Source: an uncultured Actinomycetota bacterium
GTDB taxonomy: Bacteria > Actinomycetota > Nitriliruptoria > Euzebyales > JAHELV01
DNA: 24,000 nt
Assembly (NCBI GenBank): GCA_964450395.1
Contig: CAYVGE010000028.1
Coordinates: forward strand, 1,816-25,815
Direction of reading: 5' to 3'
The translations under genes were made by a program, and so were the position numbers. The notes under the pieces are model-generated. The model saw only the letters and a program-made list of their open reading frames with translations. It was not told where the DNA came from and ran no database searches. The first letter of the stretch is position 1. Each line of letters opens with the position of its first letter. Below are positions 1-6,963 of the stretch, in pieces.

Positions 1-6
1 CACGAG

Positions 7-39
7 ACCTACGGTTGCGTAACTTACGCTACCGTAGGT
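7..39. repeat. 33-bp near-perfect palindrome ACCTACGGT-t-GCGTAA-c-TTACGC-t-ACCGTAGGT; candidate operator or long hairpin
   Basis: Checked base by base around centre C23. Positions 17-22 pair with 24-29 and 7-15 pair with 31-39. The only mismatch is T16/T30. The site is locally AT-richer than its surroundings. It lies about 110 nt beyond the stop of the 148-402 minus-strand ORF, at the window edge. Confidence 0.7.
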
Positions 40-147
40 TCCCCGGGGACGCCATGCAAAAACCCAGTTCAGCGTCGTGGCCCATCCGCGGTCGGACACC
101 TCGAGCAGTCCGAGCAGGCGCCGCGCGGGTCCGTGCGTGGTGTCGGG

Positions 148-402
148 TCACCCCATGGTGTGGCGGCGCTGCCGCCAGCCGCACCGCAGGCAGCTGAACG
201 AGATCTCGCCGTCGTGGTCGTCGACCACGCCACCGCTGGCCCCGCACCGGCCGCAGCGCGCGGCCGAGGTCCACAGGTGCGGGCGGTCGCCCGAGCCGTC
301 CCACTCGGCACCGTGGTCCCGGCCCCGCCGCAGGTGCGTGCGCAGGGCCAGCAGCCACGCGCCGATCAGGACGACCGCTGCGACGACCGCGACGAGCAGC
401 AT
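148..402 (-). CDS. small hypothetical membrane-anchored zinc-ribbon protein (84 aa)
   Basis: ATG at 402 is preceded by GGGAGGA 6 nt upstream. Nearly every codon ends in G/C. The N-terminus MLLVAVVAAVVLIGAWLLAL is one predicted TM helix. The C-terminus has CGRCG...CLRCG (CxxC-N20-CxxC). The 102-aa version in the track starts upstream without an RBS. I recognise no family. Confidence 0.55.
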   Translation of the reverse strand: MLLVAVVAAVVLIGAWLLALRTHLRRGRDHGAEWDGSGDRPHLWTSAARCGRCGASGGVVDDHDGEISFSCLRCGWRQRRHTMG

Positions 403-571
403 GGGCGTCCTCCCGGCGGTGGCGAGTGGTCGCTGGAGGCGTACCCACTCGGCCACCGGGTGGTGCGCGCGGACCCGTCCCGGTCAGGCCGGCACCGCGG
501 GCGCGCGGGGGTCAGCACGTTGCAGCCATCCGGAGCGGTGGATCGTGTGCCTCCCGGGCCGGCACCGGGCG

Positions 572-2065
572 TCAGCCCTCGTCGTGGGGGGTCCAGCGCA
601 GCACCAGTTCGCGGGCGGCCTTGGCCTCGTCGAGGCGGCGGACCGGCGTGGTGCGCGGTGCGTCGTGCAGCCGGTCGGGGTCGGTGGCCGCCTCGTCGAC
701 GGCCTGTGCCAGCGCGGCGGCGAAGCCGTCGAGCGTCTCGGGGGTCTCGGTCTCGGTCGGCTCGATCATCAACGCCTCGTCGACGATCAGCGGGAAGTAG
801 TTGGTCGGCGGGTGGTAGCCCAGATCGATCAGCCGCTTGCACACGTCGAGCACCTTCACGCCGTGCTGCTTGACCTCGGTCCCCTGCAGCACGAACTCGT
901 GCATCGACGGATGCTGCGGGAACGCCAGTGGCAGCGCCTCGGACGTGCGGGCGGCCAGGAAGTTCGCGTTGAGCACCGCCTTGGCGCTCATCGAGGCCAG
1001 TCCGTCGCCGCCGTGGCGCTGCAGGTACGACAGCGCCCGCAGCAACACCCCCGTGTTGCCGTGGAAGCCGTGCACGCGACCGATCGACAGTGGCCGGTCG
1101 TGGTCGAAGCGGTAGCTGGTCTGCGGCCCGTCCTCGGCCACGACGACCGGCGCCGGGAGGAATGGTGCCAACGCCTCGCTGACCACGACCGGGCCGGCGC
1201 CGGGCCCGCCGCCGCCGTGCGGGGTGGCGAAGGTCTTGTGGACGTTGAGGTGGACGACGTCGAAGCCCATGTCGCCGGGCCGCACCCGCCCGGCGATCGC
1301 GTTGAAGTTCGCGCCGTCGTAGTACAGCAGCCCGCCCGCCCCGTGCACGGCCTTGGCGTTGCGTTCGATCTCCAGCTCGAACAGGCCGAGGGTGTTCGGG
1401 TTGGTCAGCATCAGCCCGGCGGTCCGCTCGTCCACGAGGTCCTCGAGCGCGTCGACGTCGACCAGCCCGTCCTCGCCGGACGGCACGGTGACGGCGTCGT
1501 ACCCGGCGATCGTCGCGCTGGCGGGGTTGGTGCCGTGCGCCGAGTCGGGGACGATGATCACGCTGCGGGCGTCGTCGCCGCCGTGCTCGTGGTACGCGCG
1601 GATCAGCAGCAGGCCGACCAGCTCCCCCTGCGCCCCCGCGGCGGGCTGCAGCGTGGCGGCGTGCAGCCCGGTCAGCTCGGTCAGCCAACGCTCCAGCTCC
1701 CACAGCGCCGCCAACGTGCCCTGGACCGCCGGCGCCGGGGACCACGGGTGCGCCGCCCGGAACCCGGGCAGCGCCGCCACCCGTTCGGCGACCCGCGGGT
1801 TGTACTTCATCGAGCAGGAGCCCAGCGGGTAGAAGCCCACGTCGATGCCGTGGTTGCGCTGGGCCATCCGGGTGAAGTGCCGCACGACGTCGAGCTCGGC
1901 CAGCTCCGGCAGGGCCGGCGGCTCCTCGGCCAGCTCGACCCCGGCCAACGCGCCGGCCAGGTCGACGTCGTCGACGTCGATGGTCGGAAGCTCGCTGGAC
2001 CGCCGTCCCGGACGCGACTTCTCGAACAGCGTCGGCTCGGTCGCCGTCTCCCCCATGACCGTCAT
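572..2065 (-). CDS. gcvPB: glycine dehydrogenase (aminomethyl-transferring) subunit 2, GcvPB
   Basis: N-terminus MTVMGETATEPTLFEKSRPGRR..LP is typical of GcvPB. PLP-lysine context HLNVHKTFATPHGGGGPG is present. FYPLGSCSMKYNP is present. The tracked 583-aa ORF extends upstream into gcvPA, so I chose the start at ATG 2065 (alternative 2056). Confidence 0.93.
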   Translation of the reverse strand: MTVMGETATEPTLFEKSRPGRRSSELPTIDVDDVDLAGALAGVELAEEPPALPELAELDVVRHFTRMAQRNHGIDVGFYPLGSCSMKYNPRVAERVAALPGFRAAHPWSPAPAVQGTLAALWELERWLTELTGLHAATLQPAAGAQGELVGLLLIRAYHEHGGDDARSVIIVPDSAHGTNPASATIAGYDAVTVPSGEDGLVDVDALEDLVDERTAGLMLTNPNTLGLFELEIERNAKAVHGAGGLLYYDGANFNAIAGRVRPGDMGFDVVHLNVHKTFATPHGGGGPGAGPVVVSEALAPFLPAPVVVAEDGPQTSYRFDHDRPLSIGRVHGFHGNTGVLLRALSYLQRHGGDGLASMSAKAVLNANFLAARTSEALPLAFPQHPSMHEFVLQGTEVKQHGVKVLDVCKRLIDLGYHPPTNYFPLIVDEALMIEPTETETPETLDGFAAALAQAVDEAATDPDRLHDAPRTTPVRRLDEAKAARELVLRWTPHDEG

Positions 2066-2144
2066 GTCCGCCGTCCCTCCGTGTCGCCGTCCGAGGTCAT
2101 CACACCGCCGCCGCGCACCCTGCCCCCGGCTGCCCGCCCGGCCG

Positions 2145-3491
2145 TCATCGCAGCTCCTTGAGCAGCCGCTCCAGGGCGCCGACCAGGCCGGTGATGTCGC
2201 CCGTGGTCCGCCGCTCGGTGGCGGCGACCACCAGCACCGACTCCCCCGGCCGGGCCGGGTCGTCGAGCACCGGTCCGACCAGGTAGCCCTCGTCGCACAG
2301 CCCGCCGTGCACCGCGAGGGCATCGACGCCCGGCAGCCGCACTGCGAACTCCTTGAGGTACGGCCCGGTGAAGGCCAGCTCGACCCCCTCGAGCGCCGTG
2401 AGGTGCTCGGCCGTCGCCCGGGCCCGGCGCAGGCAGCCGAGGGCGAGCTCGCGTAGGCCGCTGGGGCCCAGCCACGTCATGTAGACCGTGGCCGCGACCG
2501 CGCACAGCGTCTGGTTCGTGCAGATGTTGCTGGTAGCGCGCTCCCGGCGGATGTCCTGCTCCCGGGTGCGCAGCGTCATGACGTAGCCGCGGCGACCATC
2601 GACGTCGACGGTCTCGCCGACGACGCGACCGGGCAGCTTGCGGACGTGCCCGTCGGCGCAGGCGAGGAAGCCCACGGTCGGGCCGCCGAACTGCAGGCCC
2701 TGCCCCAGCGGCTGGCCGTCGCCGACGACGATGTCGGCGCCCTGCGCGCCGGGCGTCGCCAGCAGCCCGACAGCGGTCGGCTCGAGCTTGACGACCAGCA
2801 GCGCGCCCGCGGCGTGCGCGGCCTCGGCGTGCGCGCGGACGTCCTCGACGACCCCGAACCGGTTCGGCTGGGAGATGATGACCGCGGCGACGTCGTCGCC
2901 GACGTCGCGCACGGGGGTCGTCCCGACCGCCGGGTCGACCGGCAGGTCCTCGATGGGCCGGCGCAGGGGATGGCTGTACGTGCCCAGGACCTGACGGGTC
3001 GGCGCGTCGATGCCGGCCGACGCCTGCAGACCCGACCTGCGCGTGATCGCGGCGGCCATGGCGGCCGCCTCGGCCACGGCGCTGGCGCCGTCGTACAGGC
3101 TGGCGTTGGCGACCGGCAGGCCCGTCAGCGCGCAGACCATCGTCTGGAACTCGAAGAGGATCTGCAGGATCCCCTGGCTCACCTCGGGCTGGTAGGGCGT
3201 GTACGCCGTGAGCAGCTCGCCGCGCTGCAGCACCGTGTCGACCACCGCGGGCACGTAGTGGTCGTAGGCGCCACCACCGGCGAAGCAGACCAGGTCGTCG
3301 CGGTTGCGTGCGGCCACGCGCTCCAGCGTGCCGAGCACCTCGTCCTCGCTGCGGCCCGGTGGCAGGTCGAGCGCGGTCTGGACACGCAGGTGGTCGGGGA
3401 TGTGCGAGAACAGGTCGTCCAGGCTCGCCCGCCCGACCACGTCGAGCATCTCGGCGACATCGGTCGCGGTGTGGGGTGCGTAATCGGCCAC
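2145..3491 (-). CDS. gcvPA: glycine dehydrogenase (aminomethyl-transferring) subunit 1, GcvPA
   Basis: 448 aa with a GTG start at 3491 after GAGGAA. MADYAPHTATDVAEMLDVVG..., GGGAYDHYVPAVV and TAYTPYQPEVSQGILQ are the characteristic P-protein alpha-subunit motifs. It lies directly upstream of gcvPB. Confidence 0.93.
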   Translation of the reverse strand: MADYAPHTATDVAEMLDVVGRASLDDLFSHIPDHLRVQTALDLPPGRSEDEVLGTLERVAARNRDDLVCFAGGGAYDHYVPAVVDTVLQRGELLTAYTPYQPEVSQGILQILFEFQTMVCALTGLPVANASLYDGASAVAEAAAMAAAITRRSGLQASAGIDAPTRQVLGTYSHPLRRPIEDLPVDPAVGTTPVRDVGDDVAAVIISQPNRFGVVEDVRAHAEAAHAAGALLVVKLEPTAVGLLATPGAQGADIVVGDGQPLGQGLQFGGPTVGFLACADGHVRKLPGRVVGETVDVDGRRGYVMTLRTREQDIRRERATSNICTNQTLCAVAATVYMTWLGPSGLRELALGCLRRARATAEHLTALEGVELAFTGPYLKEFAVRLPGVDALAVHGGLCDEGYLVGPVLDDPARPGESVLVVAATERRTTGDITGLVGALERLLKELR

Positions 3492-3563
3492 GGTTCCTCG
3501 CCACAGGACAGGCGCGGGCGCAGTCGCTCCGCGCGGCAGAGGTCCGAGTCTAGGCCGGAAGCG

Positions 3564-4112
3564 CTACGACGTCGTCCCGTCTGCGAGGCGCGTGTCGCCC
3601 TCGTCGGCGGCGGCGTCGGCGTCGGCGATCGGGGTCGCCGGCTCGGCCGGCAGCGCGGTGACCTCCGCCTCCATCTCGTCGTACAGCGGGTTCACCGCGA
3701 TCGCGAACACACCCTGGCCGCGTTGCAGCAGGTCGATGACGTCCCGCGTGTCGCTGGCCGCGTAGACGGTCTCGCCGTCGCTGGCCAGCGTGAGGTTGCG
3801 CAGCGACAGCCCACGGTCACGGACGTAGTCGATCGCCTTGCGGATGCGCTGCAGGCTCACGCCGACGTCGAGCAGCCGCTTGATCACCTTCAGCGTGACG
3901 ATGTCCTCGAACGAGTAGAGCCGCTGCGACCCCGAGCCCTCGGCGTCGCGGACGCTCGGCTCGACCAGGCCGGTGGTCGCCCAGTAGTCGAGCTGGCGGT
4001 AGGTGATGCCGACGACGCGACAGACCGCGGGACCGCGGTAGCCGCGGGGGCCGTCGTCGAGGCCTGGCAGGGGGATGTCCCGCGGGGCGCGGCCCGATCG
4101 CGCGGTGCTCAT
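3564..4112 (-). CDS. MerR-family transcriptional regulator (Rv1830-like)
   Basis: YRGPAVCRVVGITYRQLDYWATTGLVEPSVRDAEGSGSQRLYSFEDIVTLKVIKRLLDVGVSLQRIR is a MerR HTH and closely resembles my recollection of Rv1830. I chose the start at ATG 4112 because of the GGACGAG RBS. ATG 4151 or 4226 are possible longer starts, and GC3 stays high upstream. Confidence 0.85.
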   Translation of the reverse strand: MSTARSGRAPRDIPLPGLDDGPRGYRGPAVCRVVGITYRQLDYWATTGLVEPSVRDAEGSGSQRLYSFEDIVTLKVIKRLLDVGVSLQRIRKAIDYVRDRGLSLRNLTLASDGETVYAASDTRDVIDLLQRGQGVFAIAVNPLYDEMEAEVTALPAEPATPIADADAAADEGDTRLADGTTS

Positions 4113-4268
4113 CTCGTCCGGTCCGGTGGGGTTGCGACGTCCATGCATCATCCTCGTCGGCGACCGCTGCCCGGTGCCGGCCGGCGTCGTGCGCGACCCG
4201 GCGGCACGCCTGCTCCACGGGACCATGGCCCGTGCGCTTCACACCGGCGTAATTCCGAAAGCTTGAGC

Positions 4269-4298
4269 ACGGTACCGGATGTTCGGCACAGCAGTCAA
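4269..4298 (-). promoter_or_regulatory. candidate sigma-A-type promoter TTGACT-N18-TACCGT upstream of the Rv1830-like MerR gene
   Basis: On the minus strand, TTGACT lies at 4298-4293 and TACCGT (TAnnnT) at 4274-4269. Both sit in a locally AT-richer stretch of a 283-bp intergenic region. This is a pattern match only. Confidence 0.25.
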
Positions 4299-4395
4299 TG
4301 GGTGCGGCGGCATTGCCCCGAGGACGTTGCGACCGGCGCACGACGGATGGGCGGGACGGGCGCCGCCGCGGCCGGGCCGGGACCGCCCCGACCGG

Positions 4396-4878
4396 TCAGG
4401 TCCGGAAGTCCTCGGGACTGACCGAGTCGATGAACTGCTTGAAGCGCTCGACCTCCTGCTCGTCCTCGTCCTCGATCTCGATGCCCGCCTCGGCGAGCAC
4501 CGCCTCCTCGGCGAAGATGGGGACGGTGGCCCGCGCCGACAACGCGATGGCGTCGGACGGGCGGGACGAGACCTTGACCGTGCGGCCGTCGTGGACCAGC
4601 TCGATCTCGGCGTAGAAGGTCCCCTCGCGCAGCTCCGTGACGACGATCCGCTCGATGTCGACCGACAGGTCGGCCAGCATGTTGCGCAGCAGGTCGTGCG
4701 TGAGCGGACGGGGCATGGCGACGCCCTGCAGGGCGAACGCGATGGAGGTGGCCTCCGGCGCGCCGATCCAGATCGGCAGGAACCGGTCCCCGGTGCGCTC
4801 CTTCAGCAGGACGATCGGCTGGTTGTGCGGCAGCTCGACCCGAACGCCCACAAGCTGCAGCTCGATCAACATGCGCAT
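4396..4878 (-). CDS. bifunctional nuclease family protein (DUF151, Rv1829-like)
   Basis: 160 aa. LPIWIGAPEATSIAFALQGVAMPRPLTHDLL, EGTFYAEIEL, SSRPSDAIALSARATVPIFAEEAVL and the C-terminal FKQFIDSVSPEDF match the DUF151/Rv1829 family as I remember it. Confidence 0.9.
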   Translation of the reverse strand: MRMLIELQLVGVRVELPHNQPIVLLKERTGDRFLPIWIGAPEATSIAFALQGVAMPRPLTHDLLRNMLADLSVDIERIVVTELREGTFYAEIELVHDGRTVKVSSRPSDAIALSARATVPIFAEEAVLAEAGIEIEDEDEQEVERFKQFIDSVSPEDFRT

Positions 4879-4926
4879 CCTTCGCTACCGGACCGATGCC
4901 TGCCCCGGCTGCCGTCCGGCGGACCC

Positions 4927-4945
4927 GGTCCGCCGCGCACCTCAA
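4927..4945 (-). terminator. GC-rich hairpin CGGCGGACC-c-GGTCCGCCG between the dac-like gene and the DUF151 gene
   Basis: Perfect 9-nt inverted arms separated by 1 nt, so the effective stem is 7-8 bp. No U-tract follows. Function as a terminator or attenuator is inferred only. Confidence 0.25.
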
Positions 4946-4995
4946 GGATCCAGGCTCCACGAAGTTTACGGGCGCGACCCCCCACCGACAATGCG

Positions 4996-6177
4996 TCAAC
5001 CGCCGGTCGGCACGTCCACCCGGCGGGGCGTCGCGCGGGTGAAGGCGCGGATCGCGTCCTCCACCGCGGCACCTGCGGCCGACGCCGCGGTGCCCGCGTC
5101 CGCCGCCGGGACTCCGCCCGCCGCCTCGATGCCGGCGGTGTCGACGACCTCGCGTCCGACGACCAGATCGGCGCGCCCCAGGCGGGTGCCACGCCGCACC
5201 GGGCCACCCGGTTCCGGCACGAACGACGCGCGCACCCGCACTGCGCCGTCGACCGGCACCGTGCGCGCGGCGGCGTCGACCAGGCGCGTGGGGACGTCGC
5301 CGGTGGCGGTCCGGTACGGACCGACCTCGACGTCCGCCGCGCTGACGACCGTGAAGTCGTCGAAGCCGTGGTCGAGCAGCGCCCGCGTGTCGGCGAAGTT
5401 GTCGTCGCTGGCGAGCACCGCGGTGTACAGCGTGCGGCCGTCGCGGGTGGCGCTTGCCACCAGGCACAGGCCCGCCAGCGACGTGTAGCCGGTCTTGATC
5501 CCGGTGGCGCCCCGGTAGGTGTCGAGCAGCAGGTTGCGGCTGACCAGCGTGCCGAAGTCGGGAAGCACCACGCGGTAGTCGTCGACGAGGTCGGCGAACG
5601 CCGGATCGGCCATGGCGACCTGGCCGAGCCGGGTGAGGTCGCGCGGGCTGGCGTGGTGGGCCGCGGAGTCCGTCAGCCCCGACGCGTCGACGAAGCTGGT
5701 GTCGTCGAGGCCCAGCTGGGCAGCCCGGGCGTTCATGGCCTCGACGAACGCCGCCTCGCTGCCCGCCACGTGCTCGGCGACGGCGGCGGCGGCGTCGTTG
5801 CCGCTGCGCATCATCAACGCCGTCAGCAGGTCGTCCATCTGGACCTGCTGCCCGGCACGGAGGTCCAGCGTCGCCGCACCGGGCACGTCGTCGGCCGCCG
5901 CGGCCGTCGCCGACACCGTGACGGTGTCGTCGACCGCCCCGGCCTCGACCGCCAGCAGCGCGGTCATGATCTTCGTCGTCGACGCCATGCGCCGCGGCGT
6001 GCCGGCCGCGCGGCCCCACAGCACCCGGCCGTCGAGGGGATCCCACAGCACGGCCCCCTCGGCGCTGATCTCCGCGTCCGGCGCGGGCGGGGCGGCCTGC
6101 TCCTGCGCCCCCGCCGGCGGCGCGACCAGCAGCACCGCGACGACCGCCGCCAGCGCGGCGCGCACCGCCCGCGGCAT
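4996..6177 (-). CDS. D-alanyl-D-alanine carboxypeptidase (serine-type, peptidase S11 / PBP5 family), secreted
   Basis: Signal-like N-terminus MPRAVRAALAAVVAVLLVAPPAGAQ. The SxxK motif is present as MASTTKIMT, the SxN motif as RSGND and the KTG motif as GIKTGYT. The ATG at 6177 shares one base with the upstream stop (TGATG). Confidence 0.9.
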   Translation of the reverse strand: MPRAVRAALAAVVAVLLVAPPAGAQEQAAPPAPDAEISAEGAVLWDPLDGRVLWGRAAGTPRRMASTTKIMTALLAVEAGAVDDTVTVSATAAAADDVPGAATLDLRAGQQVQMDDLLTALMMRSGNDAAAAVAEHVAGSEAAFVEAMNARAAQLGLDDTSFVDASGLTDSAAHHASPRDLTRLGQVAMADPAFADLVDDYRVVLPDFGTLVSRNLLLDTYRGATGIKTGYTSLAGLCLVASATRDGRTLYTAVLASDDNFADTRALLDHGFDDFTVVSAADVEVGPYRTATGDVPTRLVDAAARTVPVDGAVRVRASFVPEPGGPVRRGTRLGRADLVVGREVVDTAGIEAAGGVPAADAGTAASAAGAAVEDAIRAFTRATPRRVDVPTGG

Positions 6178-6944
6178 CAGGCGCGCTGCACCAGGTCGCG
6201 CAGCGCCGCTGCCAGCAGCGCGCGCTTGAGCCGTCCGGTGAACGCGGCGAGCTGCTCGAGCTGCCCGGTCGCCTGGTCGCGGGCGGCGGGGTTGCGCTGG
6301 CGCAGCAGCGGCGTCACGACCTGTTCGAACAGCGAGACCTCGCGGTCGACGAACTGCAGGTACATGCGCAGGTGCCGCGGCTCGAGGCCCAGGCGCAGGA
6401 GCTCCCGGCAGGCCCGGGCGACCAGCAGGTCGGTCGCGCTGAAGCTGGTGGTCCCCCGTCCGGTGCCGATCAGCCCGTACTCGCGCAGGCTGCGCACCTC
6501 CGCGGCGCTCAGACCCGTGGCGTCGGACAGCTCGTCGACCGACAGCGTGATGCCGTCGGTGGGAGGTGCCAGCAGCTGCGCGGCCTCCGTCGACACCGCC
6601 GACTCGATGATGCGCGCCACCTCGGACATGCGCAGCTGCTGGCCCAGCACGGCCTCGCCGGCGTCGCCCTCTGCCAGGGGCGCGGTCGAGATCTCGCCGG
6701 CGTCGAGCCGGTCGAGCTGCTCGCGGATGACCTTCAGCGGCAGGTAGTGATCGCGTTGGGCGGTGAGGATGAAGCGCAGTCGATCGACGTCGTCGTCGGA
6801 GAACTTGCGGTAGCCCGAGTCGGTGCGGTCCGGGAACACCAGCCCCTCGCTCTCGAGGAACCGGATCTTGCTGATCGTGATGTCCTCGAAGTCCTCCTTC
6901 AGCTGGTTGAGGACCTCGCCGATCGTGAAGCCGCCGGCCGCCAC
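6177..6944 (-). CDS. MerR-family transcriptional regulator (Rv1828 / C. glutamicum FtsR-like)
   Basis: FTIGEVLNQLKEDFEDITISKIRFLESEGLVFPDRTDSGYRKFSDDDVDRLRFILTAQRDHYLPLKVIREQLD is the signature of this conserved actinobacterial MerR. I placed the start at GTG 6944. The tracked GTG 7025 start overlaps garA by 62 nt and uses many A/T-ending rare codons. Confidence 0.85.
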   Translation of the reverse strand: MAAGGFTIGEVLNQLKEDFEDITISKIRFLESEGLVFPDRTDSGYRKFSDDDVDRLRFILTAQRDHYLPLKVIREQLDRLDAGEISTAPLAEGDAGEAVLGQQLRMSEVARIIESAVSTEAAQLLAPPTDGITLSVDELSDATGLSAAEVRSLREYGLIGTGRGTTSFSATDLLVARACRELLRLGLEPRHLRMYLQFVDREVSLFEQVVTPLLRQRNPAARDQATGQLEQLAAFTGRLKRALLAAALRDLVQRA

Positions 6945-6963
6945 GGGACTGCGCCGATCCGCG

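Noticed and set aside
15-197. A plus-strand small ORF (or its internal ATG at 54 after GGGGA) directly downstream of the 33-bp palindrome.
   Set aside because: GC3 in this frame is only about 60 percent, with many A/T-ending codons, against near-saturation in real genes here. The ORF is antisense to the well-supported 148-402 gene.
77-2161. Very long ORFs on the strand opposite, or out of frame, to recognised genes. Examples are 77-2161 (+, 694 aa), 366-1745 (-), 2062-3504 (-), 2646-4421 (+), 4279-6747 (+, 822 aa), 4295-6046 (-), 7440-8966 (+), 9445-10644 (-), 11338-13269 (-), 13205-14275 (-), 14191-15762 (-), 14310-17198 (+, 962 aa), 18019-19578 (-), 20764-22011 (+) and 21437-22705 (+).
   Set aside because: They are shadow ORFs typical of very high-GC DNA. 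Their translations are low-complexity and rich in R/G/P/A/D/H/Q, with no recognisable motifs. Each overlaps a gene with clear family signatures and a proper RBS.
3492-3563. A glycine riboswitch in front of gcvPA.
   Set aside because: Only 72 nt are available between the MerR stop and the gcvPA start. The minus-strand sequence lacks the conserved GGAGAG...CCGAAGG(A/G)GCAA...CUCAGGCAAAAGGAC cores. A GGACAG string occurs only on the wrong strand. A cmsearch would be the decisive test.
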